A stretch of 57,700 nucleotides of DNA, filler included, from Basidiobolus ranarum (Eukaryota), in the NCBI GenBank assembly GCA_040143965.1. It is 5 parts of 5 records of this genome, joined end to end, with 100 filler letters (N's around TTAATTAATTAA, not from the genome) between each part and the next. Parts side by side here need not be neighbours in the genome. Positions count along the whole stretch, not along the records: positions 11,572 to 23,037 come from JASJQH010007485.1; positions 23,138 to 34,599 come from JASJQH010007486.1; 3 more parts are not named here. The stretch is one strand, 5' to 3'. Made by a program: the position numbers and the translations under genes. The notes under the pieces are model-generated. The model did not search any database. It saw nothing but the letters and a program-made list of their open reading frames with translations, and was not told the origin of the DNA. This document shows, one piece after another, positions 12,197-23,562 of the stretch (positions are counted from its first letter, which is position 1; every line of letters begins with the position of its first letter).

Positions 12197-13060
12197 GGAA
12201 TTTATTGTTTATTTAATTGCAAAGTAGATTGAAGATTCCTGCTGACCATAAATTAGTGGTCTTTTTATTTGCATGATTGTGATTAATTGAGAACAGTAAT
12301 ACACAATAAATGCTTTAATCAGTAGTCATTCCAAGAACCTTCGGATATCGACTTGGCCACATGTTCACACTAGTAATAGATGCTCGAAATATGGGTTATC
12401 GATCTACTCGCATTTAACGCGACATATCACCCTTGCCAAGTTCTCCCCCTTGAAATTAACCTGTCACTCTTTCTTAAGGTATGAAAATGACCCCAATTAA
12501 TTAATTTTGAAATTCAACTAATTTGGAATTATTCGATTCGGAAGAATAAACAGGTGTAATTAATAAAAGTATTTGAAATAACCTAAAATTAGAAATGATT
12601 CATTTGGATTGGTAATTCATGGATGGGATTGTCTTAAAGTGGTTCTAGCCTTAACTATAGATCATTCTCAACTCCCTGGTCATGTTGATCCGTGCCCTTG
12701 CTTTATAATATTGGTGGGCTCTGCTCTGCTTTGATTTCAAATACTCTATCTGTACTACGGGTTACGATTTTCCTAGTTCCTTAAATGTAAAACGTGTGTT
12801 CGTCATGATGGGGACAATGTTGGATTAAATCTAATGGAGTTATTTATATAATCACCATGTTGGCTATCTTCACTAAAGAAAACATGGCAACATACGAGCT
12901 TTAAGTATACAAGGGTTATGAATTAAATGAAGTGTACAAGAAAGCCGAAAATATCGAAGGTATTGAGGGGGGGATTGAAGTTGGAATTCGTATTCGTATT
13001 GGATTAAAATATAAAATAAGTAATACTTTCGTAAATCATACTGGATTCTTCTTACATAAG

Positions 13061-13516
13061 CTATCCCGTGAATACTCGGGTACATACGTCGTAGGCATCT
13101 GAGCCTAAATGTAAAAATACCACATTCGCCAGAGTTTCATCAAAATTTTCCTCATTGATGAGTGATAACCATTGATCATCATTTTTGTGGTAAAGCCATT
13201 TCAGTATTCCTTCGAAAGTCACTACACTAGGAACTTGAAGACGTAATTCGGTTAATCTATGATTGGAATGTAACGTGGAGTGGTCGAGATCTATCTCCTG
13301 GATGGTTGAAGTATCCGAGGTGAGTTTGCACTTTTGACTAAAAAGACACTGAAATAATTCACTGGATTTCATCAGTATTTGCTTCTCTACGTAGAAATCT
13401 TGCTGATTACCAGCCCGATCAGTTATACTTAGATGGCAGTCACTGGAGATCGTTTGAAAGGATAAATTTGCTTCCATCATTGGATAGGCCAAGTTACTCG
13501 TACATCCTAACATCAT
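13061..13516 (-). CDS. Small BTB/POZ-domain protein
   Basis: SDCHLSI, FYVEKQILMKSSELFQCLF and FEGILKWLY follow the BTB pattern. Confidence 0.75.
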   Translation of the reverse strand: MMLGCTSNLAYPMMEANLSFQTISSDCHLSITDRAGNQQDFYVEKQILMKSSELFQCLFSQKCKLTSDTSTIQEIDLDHSTLHSNHRLTELRLQVPSVVTFEGILKWLYHKNDDQWLSLINEENFDETLANVVFLHLGSDAYDVCTRVFTG

Positions 13517-16074
13517 GCAGTTGGAATGGGTAGAGGTGTATATAGAATGCTCACTAGATGTTGAAGGTAGAATGCTCTATTGAAGGAAGATTGGTGAGAA
13601 TCAAAGCAACAAACCCGTTCTGAAAAATCACTTCTAGTATACCTCGACCATGTTTAGCTTAATGAAGGGTGAAGGGGGGATGCGCTATCCAGTATATAAA
13701 ATGGGTCACTAGAATGATTTAGGTTAGGTATGAGCGAGCGTGTAGATGAGTGTGTAGGTATGTAAGGGAAGGACTGGTATCAATAACTAAAAAAACAGAC
13801 AAAAAAGTACAAAAGAAAGGATGAGATGTTGGACTATTTATATCCGGCGACATACAATGATTGATTTGAGGCGTTAGATCAACCAAGGAATATTGATGTT
13901 AACTGACGTTCTGCAAGCGCAAACTAGCCCCAAACTAAACAATCCAACCGACTTCGCATAAAAGATTTGCTAAATTTGCACGACCTTCGAGTGAGTCATA
14001 CGGGGAAGACTTAATTAGTGGTGATGGTGATGATTTCAAATCAACCAAAACATTATCTCTCTGTCTGTCCAATTCCCCACTAGAATCCTCCCCCAAAACC
14101 AGTTAAATATCGTCCATTTAATTTATGATTTCAACAAACACTATGCTTAGCTTTGTAGGGCTAGTCCATACTTGGCAGAACACTCCAAATTTAGAAATTG
14201 AAATGAGGTGGATTTCTAATTCATCAGGTGTCTTAAAGCAGTTGACACACCTATCTTTGCTTTCAAATCATCAAAGCTCTCGGAACTTCATTTATGGAAG
14301 ATTCGCTTTTTCGAGTGTTCGTGAAGCGCACTTGCCAAATTGGTCAATCGATAGATTGGCTAACTGTCCGAATTGATGCTATATTTACTTTTCTTCGTCA
14401 TTATCTTGAAACGTTAGTATGGCATATATAAGATGTGAAGCTGCTCTTGGAGAGGAAAAGTAAGGTTGATCCGTACGTAACAAAATAAATTCGGTTGATA
14501 TGTATATAATAGAAGAGGAGCTATGGGAATACCAATCAAAATACCCAATGGCATAACAGGCACGTAACTTGATTTTAAATCATACCTATCGTACCTCTTA
14601 TTTGTTGTACCCAGATCTCGGACTCGCGATCGGAGATGAGAAACTCTATCTGGACTTTCTCGATCGGAGAATTGAATTCAGTTATTAATTTAAGGTATAT
14701 ACATATGGCTTTAATTATCCGAAACATTGAACATCAGGGTAATTAATGTGTATACCTATTTCGCGATGAAATCAGCATTTGAGTAGAGTAGTATTGGTAC
14801 TTCCGAAATGGTGGCATCATTGCGTCGTAACAAAATACAATAGAAAGAGGAATAATTAGGTTTTGAGTCCAACTACTATGTGACATGGAGTCACGTATAC
14901 ATAGCAACCAGAATGTGGTGATTATCTAAATGTTGCAAAATATTCCGATTTAGTAGTTCTGTGCACATTTGATTGCTAGCCCCATATTGAGAAGGTATCG
15001 AATATTTGGATATAGAAGAATCCACACGTGAATGTAGCAGAATCGAATCCATGTAACATCAGTTTATGCCTAAATTCATTGGGTTGATTAAATACATTCT
15101 AGTGAACTATTATATCCTAACTTTTGTTTGCTTTAAAGAACTTCTATCACAGACAGTTTAGCTAAAACACTATCTGATAGATAATGCAACATTGTTCAGT
15201 ACCTTTCTAGTATATTCCAATACCTCTGCTCATAATTATTGTGAAGTGCAATATTATTGATATATCTCTTTAGTAGTACCTGTTCGATTGTTAGTCGCTC
15301 TGGCTTTAGCCTATATATTTTAATCATGCTATGAGAAGTTTCTTTATATGGAATAGAGATGTTCCTGGGTTAGGTAACGAATATTTAAAATGGATAGCTT
15401 TTCTTTTTGATACTTGAATCATACGCTGCTTGTTAGATAGCTATTTTTCATTATAAAGCTGGGCTGGTCATATATCCGAAGCGTGAGATGATCAAATATT
15501 CAGAATTGCTTAAGCTTTTTTATGATTAGAAATATCTTCAAGTTGTAATTCCTGAATTAGTCTTTTACACAGTACAAATTCTATTGTGTTTGCACATGAT
15601 AAGTTTAGCACTCTTTGTACTTTCTATAAACACTTTGAATTCTTGTTCAAACTTGCTAATGATCTTTGTATTCGCACTTTACGACCGTAACCAATGATAC
15701 ACTACATATTCAAATGACCATTATAACTCTGCTATGGATGATTGGTCTTATATGTGTATCCTAGAAATTCCAGTGACAGGTTAAGACCACATATCGGCGG
15801 GTTAAGGTATAAGTACACTCAAAAAGTCCACACTAGCTGTTACTATGCGAATGATAGTAATGATGAACCCACAAACTACGGAATATTTTAACGAGATATT
15901 TATTCTATCTTGTGACGATATCGAGTCAACCTTTACATGGTCAACTGTATTTACAACTCTGGTGGATTTAGTAAAGAAAGATATGTCTATGTACAATATG
16001 TAGGGGCTAGTCATGTCAAAGTTACGGTAGAAAAGAATTACTATGGTTAGAATTCGTAGATCAGCTATTACCAG

Positions 16075-16572
16075 TTATCGCTGTAACTGTAACTGTTGAT
16101 CGATGATTTTTTGATATTTCTGAGCGAGGGTTAAGTGATAAACAATCTCTCTACGTTTAAGAAAACGACCATCTCGGTAAACCCTAACCTCTACTCGATT
16201 CTTCTTTTCATTTCGAGTGAGAATCAATTGAAATCCGTTCTTTAAACGAATGGTATTCTCTTCGGATGAGGAAGAAGATACAGAAGTGGAGGATGAGGAA
16301 GAGGAAGAGACTATCGATGAGCGTTTGGAAAAACTACGAAGGGATACATCATCAGGAAAGGCTGATATGTCAAATTTAGATGAGTTACAGCTTTCCCTCC
16401 ATACTCTTTCGTTGTATGCTTCTTTCATCGGATCCGAAGGATATCGTGAATCCACTATACCGAAGAGGGTTACCTGATCCATGGTATCAACTATAGCGTT
16501 GATGTTGTCGCGTAGACCATCTGTATTCCCATTGTATTTTGGAGATTTCTTGGACTTGAAGAATTTGAGCAT
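16075..16572 (-). CDS. Hypothetical Ser-tract protein (165 aa)
   Basis: Single-exon ORF with protein-like composition and a TATATAA about 70 nt upstream. Confidence 0.7.
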   Translation of the reverse strand: MLKFFKSKKSPKYNGNTDGLRDNINAIVDTMDQVTLFGIVDSRYPSDPMKEAYNERVWRESCNSSKFDISAFPDDVSLRSFSKRSSIVSSSSSSSTSVSSSSSEENTIRLKNGFQLILTRNEKKNRVEVRVYRDGRFLKRREIVYHLTLAQKYQKIIDQQLQLQR

Positions 16573-17888
16573 TGTGGTGTGAAGTGGTTAGATCAAGAGA
16601 GGGTTGGAGGACTGAATGATCTATTGGGAGTGCACCAGCCTCTTATATAATACTGTTGATGGTCGAAAAATCGGAATTCACAATAATGTGGAGCTGGGAA
16701 TGAGCTGGGCTCCCAACTATCAGATGCATAATCATAGATGCTAACCCGATTTCTTATCGCCTTGACGCCGTAACCATGACGTTATCCATGTGTACAAACA
16801 AGAACCAAGCATTGGAGGTATACAGCGTAGAAACGTAGGTACTATAGAAAGGATTAGTATGTATTTTTAACCCCTCAGCAGTTAGTTCCTTAAAATACTT
16901 GGTCCATATTTGCTAACTATAGAACCTTACGCCTTGGGATAAGAGCTACTCCACTCAACCAACGAATGGACAATAGCCTTCGGAGTGGAGATAAGGGGTG
17001 ATGATGGGAAGATTAGAGAGATATGATGATCTACCATTATGCTCCTCTTCTTCCTAATTATGACAGTAAGTTGTAACGTTATGCTCACATCATCACTACC
17101 TTAACTATACGTTCTTGGATGATTGAACCCTAACCATGACTGGTAAAGACTATTTATAAATTCTAGATCTACGTCCTCCACCTCATCAACCATTTTAAAT
17201 TAGCCCTTATGGCTCCAACTATTTTAAATTAGCTCTTAATGCTCCTCTTACTGCTCCGACTATGGTATATATACTATTTTCTGATGAAATTTGACTCCTT
17301 TGTTTTCTAAATATAAGAGTGTTGATCCAACACCAATAAGATCAAACATATACTCACTCCATTTGATGTTAGCGTGGGTGACTGACCTCGGTACTCCGTT
17401 GTAGTTGTGAAGCATCCCCTTCTAATTACAACGCGTCTATTCTAAACAAGTAATCCAAGTGGGTAAACGATTAGCAGAGAGTGATGGAGGGAAGTAGGGA
17501 GATGAGATGATCGTTACCCACAAAGAGTGACATACTTGGGTTAGAGAAAATACTGTGGTGATCAGTGATTCCGGTTGAAATATTCCGGTGGAAATTTCAA
17601 GAGATGGGATGGGTGGGGTGGTCTTCGCTTTTCGTGAACGTTTTTGGTTTGCTTCATACATCATCTATATCGCATAAGTCTAAATTTAAATCCGAATTGG
17701 GATTAGGATGATAGAGTTACCAACGATCGTTACTACTAATGGGAATTTCACCACACGAAAGTGCAAGAACAGCCAAGAAAAATTCCCGCTCTACTATAGG
17801 TTGCTCACAAGTAGAGATATCATTGGATGGGTGAAAACGGTTTATTTAAAAATATCAATTTACACATGGACATAATGAATACAATGCC

Positions 17889-19293
17889 TTAGACCGCCCC
17901 TTCGGTGGTTAAAAATGCTGCGCCTTCACCGTATCCATATCCTTTGGGGCCATATAGCTTTGCGTAGCATGGTTTACAATACAAGGTACCTTCGCGTTCT
18001 CTCATATTGGTTGAGTCCAAACTTCTGCTACATTCGGAGCATCTGAGACATAACTTATGATACTTCACTCCCGCACCCATGGCACTTTCAGCTGCGTAGA
18101 CTGTCTTTTGACATCTAGGACAGATATCTCCTCCTCCGCCTAGATTGAATTTTCGGTTTGGACTACCTACTCCTCTAAATCCTTTATCTTGAATCCCCGA
18201 AAATGAATGAGTCGATCGATGGGTACTGAATGATTTCGTTGGCACCTCACTACTCAAAGTATCTTTGATTGGGTTTGGAGTAGATTCGGGCTTGATTGCT
18301 GATTTGGATAAGAACGTATTGGCAGTGGTGTTGGATCTCTTCACTCCATTACTAGAAAGGAAAGCTGGAACATTACGACTAGAGCTGTGGGTTGTGGGTG
18401 AAATAGATCTGGGTGGGAATATGTGAGAACTAGATTGAGCTGGGGATGTTTCAGCTGGTTTGGGCTTGGAATTCTCAAATATTTTTGGGATTTCTTTATC
18501 AGCAAACACCGGTTTAGTCCTCACATAATCCTGTAGAAATGGGTTTTTACTGGGGTTAGAAGTGGAGGTTTCTTCTGGGTTTCTAGGTGGTAAAGCTGGA
18601 GAGTTGGGTGATTTTTCTGCGTTTACTGGCCTATTGGGCAAAACGGGGGCTTTTCCAGCTGTATCTGTTTGGCTATTTCTTGGAGGAAGAGAAGGAACTT
18701 TGGGGGAAATGTTGAGTGACCTCATTGGAAGTTCTGGAGAAGGAGACGCCCTTGATATGACACTAGGGTCTTCGTAGGAGTTCTCTTCAAAGCTCCTTTG
18801 ACGAGAGATCTGGGTTTCTGTAGACATATTGGCAACTCCCCAACCTATTTTTTTTAACAATTTAGCAATTCAGTACTTCACATAGTTATTTGACACACTT
18901 TCTTACCTTTAGGTCCATATAAACGATTATAACAAACTTTGCAATATACCTAACGAACAAAAAGGGATTAATAAAAGCTCATCTGGGTTCATAATATTAT
19001 CGGGAATTACTTCGTTTTCACGTTCAGAGAGAGTGGTGGAATCTAATGTTTTATCACAACTCTAAAATAATAACATCAGTATAGAATGCGCAAAAATTGT
19101 AAGGAAAATGAAGAGATTACCTTGCATCGTAGACAGCGTTTATGCCAGGGACCTCCAGGCCCGATAACCTGCAATAAAAGTTAATAAATTTTACCACGGC
19201 TACTAGAAAGAAGAAATATATATTCACCTGCTCGGCCATGTAAACAGCTTGAGAGCAGCGTGGACATTTTGGTGAACTATTGAATTTTCTCAT
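17889..19293 (-). CDS. Two-LIM cysteine-rich (CRP-like) protein with a long Pro/Ser linker; 5 exons (19293-19228, 19168-19121, 19061-19011, 18949-18907, 18844-17889)
   Basis: GT-AG splicing gives LIM1 CPRC..WHKRCLRCKSC..YCKVCYNRLYGPKG. LIM2 is CPRC..YHKLCLRCSEC..YCKPCYAKLYGPKGYGYG. Confidence 0.92.
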
Positions 19294-19783
19294 CGGACAA
19301 TGTTGAATGTTTGTGGTCTTTAAAGAATGATAATATTAATCAAGAAAACTTGACGGCTGTGATTCAATACATCAGATAGTTCAAAACAAATGATATCAGG
19401 TGATATTGAATCATGTTTTCATAACTAGTCATGGCTTTAATCGAAATGAGCTAAGTGAGTGAATATGATGGGTAAAAATTAAGCATCATAGTGACTCTGA
19501 TTTAACTAATTGAGCTGTATAGGCGACTATTTCACACTTAATCGTTAGAGTTACCTCATGAGCTTAGATATTATTATTGATATATTGGTGTAATGTAACC
19601 ATATTACATGCTAAATCCTATATACGAATGGGCGAAAGAGTATAAGCTTCTAGAAGTTCACATGTGAACGATTTCATCTATATAAGGTAGAAAGTAGTAT
19701 ACAAAATAATTCACCAAGTAGCAAACTTTGTCAGTTTTGGAATATCGAGATATAATTGGCTACTCCAACCTGAATATGTATTT

Positions 19784-21273
19784 ATGGTAAATCTGAAGGG
19801 CAATTCTTCTCAGAGTATGATAGTATGATGTTAGTGTGTAACTTCTCAATGCCTTAAATCCACCTTCTTTGCTCTCACTGTCACGTTAACTTGGAGTATG
19901 ATGGAGAACTACAAAATTCTATATTGGACCAAATTCTTTGGCGAGCCCTTACTGGAAGGGCAGAATGTAGATTATTGTGGGTATCCATACACCTGTACAT
20001 TTACTTATAACCGAGAGGAGATTAGCAATAGTTCCCTACTTATATTCCACGCTCCTGACTATAACCCCAGAGATTTACCAAAATCCGACTACAAGGATAA
20101 GAGAACAAAAACACTTCCTTGGATTCTGAATACTGCAGAAGCACCAGTAAATGACCCTTGGCAATTAGACCCTAAGAATCTGAAAAATTTTGAATACAGC
20201 AGTACCTATAGAAGAGATTCCCACTTCCCTATCTCATATTTCGGAGAGAAGTTACTCGATTATGTTCGAAGACCGCAGATACCTAGAGCGAATAATACTG
20301 ACCATGCGCCGATTGCTTGGATTGTCAGTAATTGTAAGGCAAAGAACAAACGGCATTATTTTGTACGGGAATTAATGAAATACATTGATATCGACATTTA
20401 TGGACACTGTATGAATAACAAGGAGTGGCCAGAAGGTAAATTCCAGCTTGTTATGTACGGTCCTGTAATAATATTAACAATAGACATTACTGTATATTTT
20501 AGGCAAGTCAACTGCTGAAGTGATTCAAAACTACAAATTTTATTTAGTTCTGGAAAATAGTAATTGCCGGGATTATGTTACTGAGAAGCTAGAGAATGCA
20601 TATGAAGGTACTTTTCTTCATATTAACCTGAAGCTATATGTACATAGATATAGACTAGACTTCTAATCGGTTTTCTATAGCTGGAGCTGTTCCTATTGTT
20701 GATGGCCCAGACTCTTACGATTTTATAGCGCCTACTAAGAATGCGTTGATCAACGTAAATTCCTTTGATAATCCTAAACTGTTGGCTACATATCTTAAAT
20801 ACCTGATTAATAATCCCCATCGATATGAAGAGTTGCTTTCATACAAAGCAACTGCCAAGTTAACGAAAGCCTTTCAGGAGGGGTGGGACTTTTCAAACAA
20901 GAAAGGATTGGACGCACTGCCTCCAACAAAGCGCGGCTATTGTAACCTTTGCAGAGTGTCTCGAGACATTGCAGTCTTCAAGAAAACGTATCCATCCGCA
21001 ACCACAGAGGAATTCTGGAAGTTTGCTACTACACAATTGGACCCACCACCCCAGTATGAAAGTGGGCTACAAGTGGATAATACATGTATTGCTAACAAGT
21101 GGGGCGTTTATCAACCCAACTTTGTTGTGCTATACTTTTGGCAGATATTGCTTTCCATTGCAATTCTACTCGCTGTATTCCTGTATAGGAAGCGGATTTT
21201 GCGGGTTTTCCATTATGCACAAGGCTATTCGTACAGGAGTATAAAAGTAAACCCGGATGCTATGAAAGTGTGA
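19784..21273 (+). CDS. GT10 alpha-1,3-fucosyltransferase-like; exons (19784-19786?), 19835-20435, 20503-20607, 20681-21273
   Basis: IFHAPD, STYRRDS, AWIVSNC, YKFYLVLENSNCRDYVTEKL and AGAVPIV motifs after splicing. The start is uncertain (alternative ATG at 19898). Confidence 0.9.
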
Positions 21274-23037
21274 GCCCGTGTAATGAACGAATGTATATTT
21301 TTTTCTCTCCATATAGCAACTTATATATACCCACCCACCTGTAATAAACTTATCATATCTTGGACTTCTACTCTAATCCTAACGCTGGCTGTTGCCAAGG
21401 TGTTCGGCTGATTTTTAGATATTCCAAATTACATTGGATCCTGATTTGAGGAGGCAATTTTGCCAATTTTCGAGCCAATTATATAAGATGTATGGAAATA
21501 TCCCTGGAAGCCAATCAAATCGATTTAAGGTATATTCCATCGAAAACTCCACATAATGCTGCTATTTGTCAATACAGATAATTTTTTGCAAGGGCAGAGC
21601 AACGCTTGATTGAAAATAGGAAAATATTTATCTCAGTTGAAATAAAATTCAGAGAATCCCATTCCTCCTATGGTGGTATAAATTAGAAATTTATTTATGC
21701 AACAAACTTCAGCATCGTTTCCCCGTCTATTACTTGTGGTACCGTCATCTAACGGATTCAAGATTGTCGTCGGGGATTAGAGTAACTGTGAGGCAAGTTG
21801 GGGATTCTTTCTGGACCATCTGATGGTTGTATTGGAGATTCCCTTACAGTCTTCACTACATTTTCTTTTGAACTTAATTGAATCAGTTGCATCAAGGAAA
21901 TCAGTTCCTAAGCCTGTGATAGTTGTAATTGTTATGCATTGACGATATTTAAGCAATATCCGAGACTGTCACTCTCTCTATATATTTTATTACTATTGCA
22001 ACAACAATTCATCAGTAGGGTAAAACTAACTTGTCTCACTAAACTCAGCTTACGTTCTCTATTAGTAGGTGAAAAATCCAACCTTGGCTGAAGACCAGAG
22101 CAAAAACTAAGTTATCTTCGTAGTTGAATATTCGTTGCTTAAGCAATTTGTGGATGAGTTTGAGTTTGCTATACACTCCGGATCTACATGAATCCATATA
22201 TGAGGGTTATTTTCTAATTTGTGAGTAACCAAAAAGAAATACATGAAAGGAATTGTAATGTTAAATTCTTCCACAGGCGACCCTAACGTATTCAAACTGC
22301 GAGACAGAAAAGCGAGGGTTATTCTAGCAGTTAAAGCAATGCACACTTAGTCCTAATCAAGCTTTGTAGAAGTGTTTATAGATTTCTATGCAATGATTAT
22401 TCAGCCTGTGGTAGAAACAATCATGTTGCTTCTCAAAATACTACTATAATAATAACACATGATTGGTGAATCGGTTATGATCTCATATTTTTTGAAATAA
22501 TTGTTTGCAAGCTACTATTTTTTTGGCCCAACATCGGTGCCTACACACAGTGTTTAAATACATTTTGGCATATTTCCAACTGCCACAAAATGGAGCTTGT
22601 TGGCTATCTTTTCTTGTAGGCTTACTCTTCGATCACAAATATTCGCAGAGCATCTTGTAAATGAAATATGATCTGCTAGATATATTTTCCTTTTCATCCT
22701 CTTGATATGTAGAGACGAACAGCCAAAAGTGCTTCTGCGTCAATTTAAACGTATTCTTCTACAAATTTGCCACATTTACGATCAGAGTAAAGTTTTTATT
22801 GCAAGCATAAATCAATTAGAACACACGTACTCTTGTAGCCTACTCACATTCATACTAGTTAGCTAGATACTCTGCCAGCAATAAGACCATTCAGATGCAT
22901 GAAAGGTTATTGTTCTCGTGGAACAAAAACCAAATCTATACTTCTTGCTGCTCATAGAATTACTCCAAGAATAAACTACAAGCGTGAGATTTTAAAGATT
23001 ATTCTATCAGCCTGAACATCAATTTTAGTCTTCTCAT

Positions 23038-23137
23038 NNNNNNNNNNNNNNNNNNNNNNNNNNNNNNNNNNNNNNNNNNNNTTAATTAATTAANNNNNNN
23101 NNNNNNNNNNNNNNNNNNNNNNNNNNNNNNNNNNNNN
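23038..23137. other. Artificial scaffold linker
   Basis: N44-TTAATTAATTAA-N44. Confidence 0.98.
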
Positions 23138-23271
23138 TTCTACACGTTAGTTTGTTTACATCTTGACAAAACTATAAATGTCAACTTTCTACTCAATAAA
23201 TCAATAAGTGAAAACCACCAATTCCTCTAATTCTCCAAACCACTTCCACCAGGCTCCCAAATACTTTAACA
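23138..23271 (+). repeat. 3' part of a copia LTR (same family as 45110..45458)
   Basis: Closely similar to about 45325..45458 and ends TTTAACA. No PBS follows. Confidence 0.88.
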
Positions 23272-23562
23272 ATCACAACTTGCAAATCAACAGCAAAAAT
23301 AGTGAATATATTGAGAGCACTAGTATACATATACATTTATGCATTGCTATATGATTATATTGTTACAGAAGATTAAATAAAGATTGGTTATTTAGAGAAT
23401 ATTTTAATATACCAACTCTCCTATATATTACAATCATTTCAAAAAAATCCCCCCTGAAATAAACATACAACCTCATATAATCGCTAAAACTTATAATAAA
23501 ATATTCGGATAATATTCTGGCAATCGATCGTGTTCATTGTAATTCACTGGCAAATCCAACTC

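Noticed and set aside
16250..16477. Antisense ORFs (also 11872..12186, 18562..18777, 24392..24655, 27605..27844, 46206..46565)
   Set aside because: Shadows of real genes on the opposite strand.
21690..22640. Possible decayed gene on the minus strand
   Set aside because: Multiple stops and no recognisable motif.
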